NCBI GenBank assembly: GCA_036406295.1
Contig: DASWVJ010000054.1
Span: 8,259 to 72,258 of the forward strand
Reading direction: 5' to 3'
Source of the DNA: Bradyrhizobium sp.
Lineage (GTDB): Bacteria; Pseudomonadota; Alphaproteobacteria; Rhizobiales; Xanthobacteraceae
Length of the DNA stretch: 64,000 nt
The notes under the pieces were generated by a model. That model was not told where the DNA came from. It saw only the letters and a program-made list of their open reading frames with translations, and did no database searches. This document shows, in pieces, positions 1 to 8,982 of the stretch. A program made the position numbers and the translations under genes. Position 1 is the stretch's first letter. Every line of letters begins with the position of its first letter.

Positions 1-815
1 TACTTGTCAGCCCAGGCGGCACGCACTGCGAACGACTTCTCCGGATGCTTCTCCCAGAGTTCGCCCGTGGTAATGGCGGTGTAGCCGATGTCCTGATGGA
101 TGAGCTGCAGGTTCCATGGCTCGCATACGCAGAAGCAGTCCATGGTGCCGACCTTCATGTTGGCGACCATCTGCGGTGGAGGCACAACAATGGTTTCGAT
201 GTCCTTGTCGGGGTCGATGCCGCCGGCGGCGAGCCAGTAGCGAATCCAGAGATCATGGGTGCCGCCCGGGAAGGTCATCGCGGCTTTCACGGCTTTGCCG
301 GAAGCCTTCTTCTTCTCCAGCACGACCTTGAACGGGGAGGTGTCGACGCCGACCTTGATGCCGGCATATTCCTTGGCGACGGAGATGCACTGACCGTTCA
401 GGTTGAGCCGCGCCATGATGTACATCGGGGTCGGCTGGTTGTTCTGCGTCACCTTCCCCGCCGAGATCAGGTACGGCATCGGTGTGAGGATGTGCGCACC
501 GTCGATGCCGTTGCCTTCCGAGCCGAGCACGAGGTTGTCGCGGGTGGTACCCCAGGAGGCCTGCTTCTGCACTTCGACATCGGGCATGCCGTATTTGGCG
601 AAGATGCCCTTCTCCTTGGCAACAAAGAGCGGAGAGGCATCGGTCAGCGCGATGAAACCGAGCTTGGCACCCTTCACTTCAGGCCCTGCGCCCTGCGCGA
701 ACGCGCCGGCGGGAAAATTCATCTTGGCGGCAGCAAGCAGGGCTGCGGTGCCGCTTGCGGCCTTGAGGAGCTCTCGGCGGCTGAGGCCTGAGGTCTTGCT
801 GGTGCGCTTGGTCAT
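1..815 (-). CDS. CmpA/NrtA family ABC transporter substrate-binding protein (nitrate/cyanate/bicarbonate), runs off the window start
   Basis: Not in the ORF track because it is truncated. Manual minus-strand translation from ATG 815: MTKRTSKTSGLSRRELLKAA (Tat motif)...KLGFIALTDASPL...QASWGTTRDNL...IDGAHILTPMP...AMTFPGGTHDLWIRYWLAAGGIDP...PPPQMVANMKVGTMDCFCVCEPWN, all NrtA/CmpA motifs. Confidence 0.93.
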   Translation of the reverse strand, partial: MTKRTSKTSGLSRRELLKAASGTAALLAAAKMNFPAGAFAQGAGPEVKGAKLGFIALTDASPLFVAKEKGIFAKYGMPDVEVQKQASWGTTRDNLVLGSEGNGIDGAHILTPMPYLISAGKVTQNNQPTPMYIMARLNLNGQCISVAKEYAGIKVGVDTSPFKVVLEKKKASGKAVKAAMTFPGGTHDLWIRYWLAAGGIDPDKDIETIVVPPPQMVANMKVGTMDCFCVCEPWNLQLIHQDIGYTAITTGELWEKHPEKSFAVRAAWADK

Positions 816-989
816 CGGTCGTATCGTCCTTTGCGTCGTTGCGTCGTGTGCTGCGTCGGTGCATCGAGTGCCTTCCGATGACGCTGCGGGGCGCATGAGG
901 GCGCGCTCTGGCGAGGCCCCAGAATGGTGGCGTCACAATCCGGATCGGTTGGTCTCGAGGGACGGCGTCAATGGCGTCAGCACCCACTA

Positions 990-1006
990 TTCAAGCGGTG
1001 TGCCAA
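990..1006 (-). promoter_or_regulatory. sigma54 (-24/-12) promoter of the nrtA-like gene
   Basis: Minus strand TTGGCAC-ACCGC-TTGAA matches TGGCAC-N5-TTGC except one base at -12; about 175 bp upstream of the ATG. Confidence 0.65.
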
Positions 1007-1102
1007 GCGTGTCGCAGCGCAATAAGTCTATGAATTAGAAGAACTTACGATTTCAGCCGATTAATCATCGTTAGCGTTTTCGCGCTTTGAAAATTTGCGA
1101 TT

Positions 1103-1159
1103 CGCTCAATTCTTGTGGGCCGTTCGCCCAATCCTTGTGCGCCGCACAGGGATTGGGCA
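1103..1159. promoter_or_regulatory. Three tandem NtrC-like enhancer sites
   Basis: 17-bp boxes CGCTCAATTCTTGTGGG (1103-1119), CGCCCAATCCTTGTGCG (1125-1141) and CGCACAGGGATTGGGCA (1143-1159) resemble TGCACCA-N3-TGGTGCA; 100-150 bp upstream of the sigma54 site with an AT-rich spacer between. Confidence 0.55.
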
Positions 1160-1177
1160 GATGCCGAAATGTTACTC

Positions 1178-2092
1178 TCAGGCGTCTTCCGTGGCCTTTG
1201 CCGTGAGCGGCTTTGGCGCGGCTCCGCCGCCTGGCTTCATCCTGAATTCGTAGGTCATCAAATGCCAAGGCGCAGACGCCGGCCTGCCGTCGGGCATCGT
1301 GGGATCGGTGCGCTTTTCGACGTTGGCAATCAGTTCATCCTTCACGCCGAACACGACGTCGCGATCGATGTTGGCATCGCCGCCGATGAAGACGTGGGTG
1401 ACGAGCGGCTCATAGCCGGGCGCGGCGACAAGGAAATGCACATGCGCGGGCCGCATCGCCGGACGCCTGGTGTAATGGATCATCTCGCCGACGGGCCCGT
1501 CCACGGGAATCGGATAGCTGCATGGGAGGATGGAGCGGAAGAAGAAGCGGCCATCGGCGTCGGTGATAAAGCGCGCCCGCGACGAGGGTCCCTGCGTCGC
1601 ATAGGTCGGCTTTTGCGAGTCATAGAAACCGTCGTCGTCGGCGTGCCAGACGTCGACGGGCACGCCCGGCAACGGCTTGCCGTTGAGATCGGTGACGCGG
1701 CTCTGCACGAACATCCGGTCACCCTGAAGGTTGGCCGAGATGTCGGTACCATGCGGCGTGACCTTGTGCTCGCCGACATAGAAGGGTCCGAGCACGGTGG
1801 TCTCGGTGGCGCCTGCGCGGTCGCGATGGTTGACCGCATCGACCAGCATGGAAACACCGAGCACGTCGGAAAGCAGGATGAATTCCTGGCGGATCGCCGT
1901 GCACTTCTGCCCAGTACGGGTCAGGAAGTCGATTGCGAACTCCCACTCCTCGAAGGTCAGGTCGGTCTTGCGGACATAGTCGTGCAATGATTTCACGAGC
2001 TCCTGCAGCAGGAATCTGGCGCGCGGGTTCGGCGTGTCGTCGAAGCTGTGGATCACGGCCTCGGTCAGTTCGGTTTCACTGAATTGGGTCAT
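1178..2092 (-). CDS. Intradiol ring-cleavage dioxygenase (hydroxyquinol/catechol 1,2-dioxygenase family)
   Basis: RQEFILLSDVLG, TVLGPFY, VWHADDDGFY, YPIPVDGPVG, RPAHVHF (Fe ligands Tyr/Tyr/His/His). Confidence 0.93.
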   Translation of the reverse strand: MTQFSETELTEAVIHSFDDTPNPRARFLLQELVKSLHDYVRKTDLTFEEWEFAIDFLTRTGQKCTAIRQEFILLSDVLGVSMLVDAVNHRDRAGATETTVLGPFYVGEHKVTPHGTDISANLQGDRMFVQSRVTDLNGKPLPGVPVDVWHADDDGFYDSQKPTYATQGPSSRARFITDADGRFFFRSILPCSYPIPVDGPVGEMIHYTRRPAMRPAHVHFLVAAPGYEPLVTHVFIGGDANIDRDVVFGVKDELIANVEKRTDPTMPDGRPASAPWHLMTYEFRMKPGGGAAPKPLTAKATEDA

Positions 2093-2228
2093 TGGGCTGT
2101 CCTGCGGGATGACGCGACGGCCTCAGCCTACACCCGCATACCGGACTTGCGTAGGCACAAGCGGTTGGATCGGGTCACGCTTTTCGGCTATCAAACCCGC
2201 CTCCCTGCTTGTTCCGGAGATCCGTTCC

Positions 2229-3503
2229 ATGCTTGCCCCGACCCCCGCCTCGCCCGAATCCGCCGGGATGTCCACCGCCGCGTTCGCCCGCGTCGAGCGG
2301 CATCTGAAGGAACGCTATATCGATGCCGGCCGCTACCCGGGGACGCAGCTCCTGGTCTACCGCCGCGGCAAGGTCGTGCACTCCTCCGTGCAAGGCTACG
2401 CCGACCTCGAGCGCAAGGTGCCCGTCAAGGACGACACCATCTTCCGCATCTATTCCATGACCAAGCCGATCACCTCGGTTGCCTTCATGATGCTGGTGGA
2501 GGAAGGCCGCGTCGCGATCGACGAGCCCGTGCACAAATACATTCCGGAGTGGAACAATCTCGGCGTATTCGTCGCCGGCAGCAATCCGGCCTATCTGACC
2601 AGGCCGCCGGCGCGGCCGATGCAGATCGTCGATCTGCTACGCCACACGTCGGGCCTGACCTACGGCTTCCAGCAGCGATCCAATGTCGATGCCGGCTATC
2701 GCGAAAGGAAGATCGGCGAGGTCGTGACGTCGGGCACGCTGGACTCGATGATCGCGGACCTTGCGAAGATGCCGCTGGAGTTCTCGCCCGGGGAAGCCTG
2801 GAACTACTCGCTCTCGACCGACGTGATCGGCTATCTCATCGGCAAGATCTCCGGCCAGCCGTTCGAACAGTTCCTGAAAGAGCGCATCTTCAAGCCCCTC
2901 GGCATGAACGACACCGACTTTCATGTGCCTGCCGAGAAGGCGCATCGCTTCGCCGCGTGCTACTCCGCCGATCCGCCCGGCGAAATCAAGTTCCACGCCA
3001 CCGAGCGCAAGGCGATGCTCACCTTGCAGGACGACCCGACGAAGAGTTCCTACCTCAAGCCGCCCAGCTTCTTTTCCGGCGGCGGCGGATTGTGCTCGAC
3101 GGCGGCCGACTACCTCACCTTCTGCCGCGCCCTGCTCAACCGCGGCGAGCTCGGCGGCGTCCGCCTGCTCGGACCGAAAACGCTGGCGCTGATGACGACC
3201 AACCATCTCCCCGGCGGGCGCGATCTTCCCGCCTTGTCACGCTCGATGTTCAGCGAGGCGACCAACAACGGGGTCGGCTTCGGGCTGGGCTTCGCCATCA
3301 CCATGGACCCGGCGCAGACCCTGATTGCGGGCAGCCCCGGCGAATATTTCTGGGGCGGCGCGGCCGGAACCGCCTTCTGGATCGATCCTGCCGAAGAGCT
3401 GATCACGATCTTCATGACCCAGGTCATGCCGTCGACCGCCTACCCGATCCGGCGCGAGCTGCGCACCATGATCAACGCGGCGATCACGGACAGCAATCTC
3501 TGA
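2229..3503 (+). CDS. Serine hydrolase (beta-lactamase class C / esterase family VIII)
   Basis: IFRIYSMTKPI (SxxK), LLRHTSGL, PGEAWNYS, WGGAAGT; GGAG RBS before ATG 2229. Confidence 0.9.
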   Translation: MLAPTPASPESAGMSTAAFARVERHLKERYIDAGRYPGTQLLVYRRGKVVHSSVQGYADLERKVPVKDDTIFRIYSMTKPITSVAFMMLVEEGRVAIDEPVHKYIPEWNNLGVFVAGSNPAYLTRPPARPMQIVDLLRHTSGLTYGFQQRSNVDAGYRERKIGEVVTSGTLDSMIADLAKMPLEFSPGEAWNYSLSTDVIGYLIGKISGQPFEQFLKERIFKPLGMNDTDFHVPAEKAHRFAACYSADPPGEIKFHATERKAMLTLQDDPTKSSYLKPPSFFSGGGGLCSTAADYLTFCRALLNRGELGGVRLLGPKTLALMTTNHLPGGRDLPALSRSMFSEATNNGVGFGLGFAITMDPAQTLIAGSPGEYFWGGAAGTAFWIDPAEELITIFMTQVMPSTAYPIRRELRTMINAAITDSNL

Positions 3504-3616
3504 AGGACGTCGGGTTCCGCGCTGCGACGCAGAATCCGGCCGTGGCGAAATTCCTTGGCGGAAATTCGGCCCTTCTCCTAATGTCCCCGGGGGGGTTCGT
3601 CTCGCCCGGGATCGTT

Positions 3617-5125
3617 GTGCCGAAGCTTTCGTTGCCAGTGCGTCTCGCCCTGCTGGTGGCTGGAACCACACTGCCGCTGATCGTGTTCGCGGCTGGCATC
3701 GTCCTGTACAACTACAAGCAGGATCGCAATGACGCGGCGCAGCGCGTGCTGGAGACCGTGCGCTCGATCCGTATTGTGCTCGATGCCGAGGTGCAGCGCA
3801 TGACCGGAGGCCTGCAGATGCTGGCGCTCACCTCCTCGCTGCGCGCCGGCGACTACGACACATTTCGGCCGATCGCACTCGGCCTTCTCGAGCAATACGG
3901 CAGGGACGGCGTGGTGCTGGTCTCCGACCGTCAGGGACGGCAGGTGTTCTCCTCGACGACCGCTGATGTCGCGAGCCTGCCTCCGCGCAACAACCGCGAC
4001 ATTGTCGAAAAGGTCTTCGCCACCAGGGAACCCGCCTACTCCAACCTGTTCGTTGATGCAGTCAAGAAAAGGCTGGTTCTCACGGTGGAGGTGCCCGTCA
4101 TCAAGGAAGGTGACGTGGAGTACGTCATCTCCTTCAGCCCGCCGCTGGAAATATTCCAGCACGTCATTGAAAAGCAGCGTCCAAACCTCGACTGGACACT
4201 CTCGATCTTCGACGGCGAGGGCACCAATTTTGCCCGGGTGCCAAACCCGCAGGAGACGATCGGCAAGGGCGCCTCGCCGACGCTGTTCACCGAAATGTCC
4301 CGGACCGGCGAGGCGACGCTGACCACGGTGACGCTCGAAGGCGTGCCGCTGATCACGAGCTTCACGCGCTCTGCGCTCACCGGATGGACGGTAGCGGGCG
4401 GCATTCCCGAAAGCTCGGTGGTCAGGCCTTTGTGGCGCAACCTTGCGATCACGAGCGCGATCGGCGGCATCCTGTTGCTGGTCGGGCTTGCCTTCGCCGT
4501 GCGGATGGCGACGACGATCGCGCGCGGCGAGATGCTGCAGGACCTGCTGGTCGAGGAGCTCAATCACCGCGTCAAGAACACGCTCGCCATCCTGCAATCG
4601 ATCGCGGCGCAGACGTTTCGCAGCGCTAGCCGGTCGGAGCGTGAGAAGTTCGAGGGCCGGCTGCGCGCACTCGCGGAGGCGCATAATTTGCTGAGCACCG
4701 AGAAATGGCAGGGTTCGGACCTGCAGGACGTGATCGGCCGCGTACTGCAGCCGTACCTGCTCAACAACCCCGACCGGGTGCGGATGTTCGGCCCGAAGGT
4801 GCCGCTCGCGCCGCGGCTTGCCGTGGTGCTGTCGATGATCCTGCACGAGATCGCCACCAACGCCACAAAATACGGCGCGCTGTCCAACGACAGCGGCACG
4901 GTAACGCTGGACTGGGAGATCGTCGAGGAGGACGCCAGGCGGAAGTTGCGCCTGATCTGGACCGAGGCCGGCGGCCCGCAGGTCACGGCCCCGGTGCAGC
5001 GTGGCTTCGGCTCGCGGCTGATCGAGCGTAGCGCGCGCGACCAGCTCGGCGGCGAGGCGACAGTCGATTTCCTGCCGCGCGGCGTGGTCTACACCGTGAC
5101 GGTCGGACTGGACGGCGAGAAGTAG
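3617..5125 (+). CDS. Membrane HWE-family sensor histidine kinase with a Cache-like periplasmic domain
   Basis: C-terminal half of ORF 2048..5125: two TM segments, ELNHRVKNTLA (H box), LHEIATNATKYGALS, WTEAGGP, GFGSRLI. Start is GTG 3617 or ATG 3581. Confidence 0.9.
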   Translation: MPKLSLPVRLALLVAGTTLPLIVFAAGIVLYNYKQDRNDAAQRVLETVRSIRIVLDAEVQRMTGGLQMLALTSSLRAGDYDTFRPIALGLLEQYGRDGVVLVSDRQGRQVFSSTTADVASLPPRNNRDIVEKVFATREPAYSNLFVDAVKKRLVLTVEVPVIKEGDVEYVISFSPPLEIFQHVIEKQRPNLDWTLSIFDGEGTNFARVPNPQETIGKGASPTLFTEMSRTGEATLTTVTLEGVPLITSFTRSALTGWTVAGGIPESSVVRPLWRNLAITSAIGGILLLVGLAFAVRMATTIARGEMLQDLLVEELNHRVKNTLAILQSIAAQTFRSASRSEREKFEGRLRALAEAHNLLSTEKWQGSDLQDVIGRVLQPYLLNNPDRVRMFGPKVPLAPRLAVVLSMILHEIATNATKYGALSNDSGTVTLDWEIVEEDARRKLRLIWTEAGGPQVTAPVQRGFGSRLIERSARDQLGGEATVDFLPRGVVYTVTVGLDGEK

Positions 5126-5131
5126 CCGCCC

Positions 5132-5473
5132 TTATTTCACCAGCTTGAGGAAAGGCCGGCCGCGGCGACGCCGCCCCCGCGGCATCTTGGGGGTGCGCAC
5201 CGTCCGTGCCTTCTCTTCCGCCGCCTGCATTTCGCACAGGAGCCTCAATTCGGAATCTGTCACGCCCTTGAGCTTCATGCGAAGCTGCAGGATCGCCACC
5301 GACAGCAAATCCGCCGTCTCGTGCTCGGCGTCGTTTGCGAGCGAGGCCTGGCATCGTTCGAGAGTTGCAAGTGTCGCTCGCAACCTCGCCTCCAGATTCG
5401 CCGCCAGCGCCTCGGCCGGCATGACGCTGACGAGCTGGACCGACGGCGATTCGGCCGGTGGCTTCATGCCCAT
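5132..5473 (-). CDS. Small hypothetical protein (about 113 aa), basic C-terminus
   Basis: ORF 5132..5521 with likely ATG 5473; helical core ETADLLSVAILQLRMKLKGVTDSELRLLCE; fills the gap between the kinase and LysR genes. Confidence 0.6.
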   Translation of the reverse strand: MGMKPPAESPSVQLVSVMPAEALAANLEARLRATLATLERCQASLANDAEHETADLLSVAILQLRMKLKGVTDSELRLLCEMQAAEEKARTVRTPKMPRGRRRRGRPFLKLVK

Positions 5474-5777
5474 GTCTGCTTCCCCAATTCCCGAGGGAGG
5501 TTGCCCGCGCACTTGCGCCAAAAGAAGACGGCAGAATGTGCCTTGCCTCGCCTGGAACCCTGCCGAGTTGCTGCTGCGCCGGCGTTACACGGGCCAAGAT
5601 GAACGGCCAGCCTTATCCAAATACCCTTGAGGGCGCTCGACCGTTCGGAAACTGCGGGAGAAAACGGTGTTCGCCGCTGGGCAGTAATTTTAGACGTGAA
5701 TAATCGGGGCGCGAGACCCGCCCTGGTTGTACTACTCGGCATCTTCTGCCAAGATTAGCCGACGTAAAGGGGCCTGT

Positions 5778-6812
5778 ATGTCGCTTACACTGGAAAGGGG
5801 TGTTCCGCAGGAAGAACGCCGGAATATATCGCTCGGCGGTCTTACCGATTGGGACGCAGCCCGGATATTCTTGGAAGTCGTACGCTGCGGCAGCTTCCGC
5901 TCAGCCGCCGAGCGGCTTGGGCTGTCGATCAACGTGGTGCGCCGGCGCATCGACGATTTCGAGCGGCAGGTCGGCGCCACGCTGTTTACCCGCGACGTCC
6001 ACGGCACCCACCTGACCGACGAGGGTGCGATGGTCGTCTCCGCCGTGGAGCGGATGGAGGCGGCTTCCTTCGATCTGATGCGGGCCAGCAGCTCCGTGAC
6101 CAGCACCCTGTCCGGCGAGGTACGCGTCGCCGTCACCGAGGGACTTGGCACCTTCTGGGTGGCGCCGCGCCTGGTCGAATTCCAGCGCTCCTACCCTAAC
6201 ATCATGGTCGACCTTCACTGCGCGATGCGCTCGGCCGACGTCTCCCGTCACGAAGCCGACGTCGCCATCCACCTCTCCCAACCGGCTTCGCTCGACGCGA
6301 AGCTGGTGCGGATTGGCCGCATGCATCTGATGTTCTTCGCAAGCGAGCCGTACATCGCCGCCCACGGCGCGCCGAAGTCGTTCGCAGACCTGACCAGGCA
6401 CCGCCTGGTGCTGCAGAGCGCGGACCAGACGGCGACAAAGGAATTGTTCGAGAGTTTCTTTCCCGGCTTTTCGCAGCGCGACCTGCTTGCGATGCGCACC
6501 AATGTCTCCAGCGCCAATTACTGGGCCGTCGCCAACGGCGCGGGCGTCGGCGTGTTTCCGACCTACGCCCACGCACTTGGCGGCCTTGTCCCGCTCGAGA
6601 TCGAGTTTCGCAGGCCGTTCGACATCTGGCTCTCCTACCATCCCGGCAGCGGCCGCATCCCGAGGGTGCGCCGCACGATCGACTGGCTGGTGGAGGCCTT
6701 CAATCCCGCCAAATTCCCTTGGTTCAAGGACGACTTCGTCCATCCAAGCGAATTCAAGGCGGTGTATATGGGCGAGTCCCTGACCCATCTTTTCGGGGGC
6801 TTCTCGACCTAG
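5778..6812 (+). CDS. LysR family transcriptional regulator
   Basis: DWDAARIFLEVVRCGSFRSAAERLGLS HTH, LFTRDVHGTHLT, GEVRVAVTEG. Confidence 0.93.
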   Translation: MSLTLERGVPQEERRNISLGGLTDWDAARIFLEVVRCGSFRSAAERLGLSINVVRRRIDDFERQVGATLFTRDVHGTHLTDEGAMVVSAVERMEAASFDLMRASSSVTSTLSGEVRVAVTEGLGTFWVAPRLVEFQRSYPNIMVDLHCAMRSADVSRHEADVAIHLSQPASLDAKLVRIGRMHLMFFASEPYIAAHGAPKSFADLTRHRLVLQSADQTATKELFESFFPGFSQRDLLAMRTNVSSANYWAVANGAGVGVFPTYAHALGGLVPLEIEFRRPFDIWLSYHPGSGRIPRVRRTIDWLVEAFNPAKFPWFKDDFVHPSEFKAVYMGESLTHLFGGFST

Positions 6813-6826
6813 GACGGTAGGAGCGT

Positions 6827-7222
6827 ATGAACAAAACAGCAGCGAAGAGAATGAAACAGCGTAGCGCGGGCAAGCCTGACATCGAACTTGGCAAGAGAAT
6901 CCGGTTGCGGCGGGTCGAACAGAAGATCTCGCAGGCGGAGCTCGGCGAAAAGCTCGGCGTCAGCTTCCAGCAGGTCCAGAAGTACGAGAAGGGAGTCAAT
7001 CGCGTGGGCGCGGCGCGCCTGCAGCAGATCGCCAATGCGCTCGACGTGCCCGTGACGTTCTTCTACGACGGCGACAACAAGGCGCGTGAAGTCGAGAGCC
7101 TGTTGTTCCTCGACAGCGCGTTCAGCCTACGGTTGCTGCGCGCCTACAGCAAGATCAAGGACCAGACCGTGCAACGACAGCTGGTGTCCCTGATGGAATC
7201 GATCGCGGCCAACGAAGACTAG
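6827..7222 (+). CDS. XRE-family HTH regulator, PraR/PhrR-like
   Basis: GKRIRLRR...SQAELGEKLGVSFQQVQKYEKGVNRVGAARLQQIANALDVPVTFFYDG; AGGAG RBS. Confidence 0.9.
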   Translation: MNKTAAKRMKQRSAGKPDIELGKRIRLRRVEQKISQAELGEKLGVSFQQVQKYEKGVNRVGAARLQQIANALDVPVTFFYDGDNKAREVESLLFLDSAFSLRLLRAYSKIKDQTVQRQLVSLMESIAANED

Positions 7223-7309
7223 AGCGGGATGGCGGATCGCCATCTCACTCTGACTTGGGAGCATGATCTCTTTCGGAAAAATGCTTCACTTTTCCGGATC
7301 ATGATCTAG
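7219..7309. repeat. CTAG-bounded 91-bp MITE-like palindromic intergenic repeat (alphaproteobacterial CIR/BRU-RS-like)
   Basis: CTAG at both ends (7219-7222, 7306-7309); internal hairpins gatggcg-gat-cgccatc and gcatgatc..cggaaaa..ttttccggatcatg. Confidence 0.75.
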
Positions 7310-8964
7310 GTGTTTTCGCGAGCCTGGTTTGCAGCACCGCGGACCCGATCTATCAGCGCGATACAATCGGCGGGTAGCCTGTTGCTGCGCCAGGCCACGT
7401 GTTGGTCGGGCCTCGACAACACGAGTCTGTCACCATCCGGCTTGACGGAGGCCGGCGCTTCGACGTCCAGAATTTCCAAGGGCAGGCCCCTTTTGCGCGC
7501 GGCGGCGCCAAGCGGGGCGACATCGATCGAGCGATCGAAGCGCAGCAGCGTGAATTCCGGTCCCATCGCATCGTAAAGCGATCGACCATCCCTGCACCAT
7601 CGATGCGGCGTGCGGCAGCCCAGCACGGTCGATGGCATATAGCTGTCCATCGTGTAAGGCGGCGGCTTGCCCTCGTCATAGGCAATGATCGGCGAGTTGT
7701 CGTAATAGCTGCCGAAATTGAGCCCCGCGCAGGCGTATTGCCGGACGTTGATCTCGTAAGTGAGGCGTCCAACTTCCTTTCGCGCGCGTTCACCGGCAGG
7801 CCCGGCACCCTCGATCTCTTGCGGCACGGATCCGCGGCGGCGGATTTCGGCTTCCGCATGCGACATCGCAAAACGCGAGACCTGGCTGGTGATCGGCCAG
7901 CGCTCGGCCTCGTAGGCTTCGAGGATAGAAGCAGGCGCCCAGCCGTTGAGATGCGCTGCGAGCTGCCAGGACAGGTTCATGGCATCGGCAATGCCGGCGT
8001 TCATGCCGTAGCCGGCATAGGGCACCCAGATGTGGGCGGCATCGCCGGCGATGAAGACGCATCGATCGCGGAACTTGCTCGCGATCAGGCGGCGGCCGTA
8101 CCAGTCCTCCTTCGAGATGACGTCGTAATGGAAGTCAGGGTCGACACCCAGAATGGTGCGGATGCAGGCGTCGCGGTCCACCGAATCGAAATCGCCCTCA
8201 CCCGGCCTCATGTAATTGTGCACCAGCCAGCGCTCACGCCCGTCAATCGCATAGACCATTCCGGAGCGGCGCGGATTGATCGAGCCGGTGCCCCAGGCGC
8301 GCTCATGCCGTTGCAGACCGATGAGCGCAGGCGCGCGGATGAAGGTCGATTGCACCCGCTGCACCACGGCATCGCCCGTCAATTCCGCGCCGATCGCCTT
8401 GCGCACGATCGAGCGCGCGCCGTCGCAGCCGATCAGGTAGCGGCAATTCATGCGCCTGATGTTGTCGGTGTCGAGGTCGCACAGGGTGACGCTGGCGGAT
8501 GTCCCATCGATCGTCACTTCCTCGACCGCGGTACGATTGACGATGCGGATGCGCGGTTGCGACGCCGCATGCTCGAACAGGATCGGCTCGAGAAAAATCT
8601 GGTTGATGCGGTGCGGCGGCTCCGGCGTTGGCCAGTTGCAGTCCGGACCATCCTTCGCGGTGAAGCGATCGCGCCGGCAGGGAATCCTGATCCGCGTCAG
8701 CTCCTCGCCGGTGAACGTCGTGCGGTAGCTGATGTCGTGCGGATAGTCCGCCGGCAGGCCGGCCTCGCGTACCTTCCCGGCCAGGCCAAGCCGCCGAAAA
8801 ATCTCCATGGTGCGCGCCGCGACATGGTTGCATTTCGGTTCCGGCGCTTCGCCCGGCCGGCGTGTCTCCACCACGGTGACGTCGATGCCGCGCCAGGCGA
8901 GATCGATGGCGAGCGTGAGACCGACAGGACCGGCGCCCACGATCAAGACATTGCAATCGGACAT
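7306..8964 (-). CDS. FAD-dependent monooxygenase (FAD_binding_3, aromatic hydroxylase-like)
   Basis: IVGAGPVGL, LIGCDGARS, FIAGDAAHIWVPYAGYGMNAGIADA, C-terminal RPDQHVAW. Confidence 0.93.
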   Translation of the reverse strand: MSDCNVLIVGAGPVGLTLAIDLAWRGIDVTVVETRRPGEAPEPKCNHVAARTMEIFRRLGLAGKVREAGLPADYPHDISYRTTFTGEELTRIRIPCRRDRFTAKDGPDCNWPTPEPPHRINQIFLEPILFEHAASQPRIRIVNRTAVEEVTIDGTSASVTLCDLDTDNIRRMNCRYLIGCDGARSIVRKAIGAELTGDAVVQRVQSTFIRAPALIGLQRHERAWGTGSINPRRSGMVYAIDGRERWLVHNYMRPGEGDFDSVDRDACIRTILGVDPDFHYDVISKEDWYGRRLIASKFRDRCVFIAGDAAHIWVPYAGYGMNAGIADAMNLSWQLAAHLNGWAPASILEAYEAERWPITSQVSRFAMSHAEAEIRRRGSVPQEIEGAGPAGERARKEVGRLTYEINVRQYACAGLNFGSYYDNSPIIAYDEGKPPPYTMDSYMPSTVLGCRTPHRWCRDGRSLYDAMGPEFTLLRFDRSIDVAPLGAAARKRGLPLEILDVEAPASVKPDGDRLVLSRPDQHVAWRSNRLPADCIALIDRVRGAANQARENT

Positions 8965-8982
8965 GCCGTAAGAAATCCCGCC

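Noticed and set aside
1125-1159. Inverted repeat as an intrinsic terminator of the dioxygenase
   Set aside because: No U-tract follows on the minus strand; two inverted NtrC-like boxes explain it better, although a dual role is possible.
2048-5125. 1025-aa ORF suggesting a giant kinase fusion
   Set aside because: The first ~520 codons overlap the serine hydrolase in another frame and are Arg/Pro-rich shadow sequence; kinase features begin only near 3581-3617.
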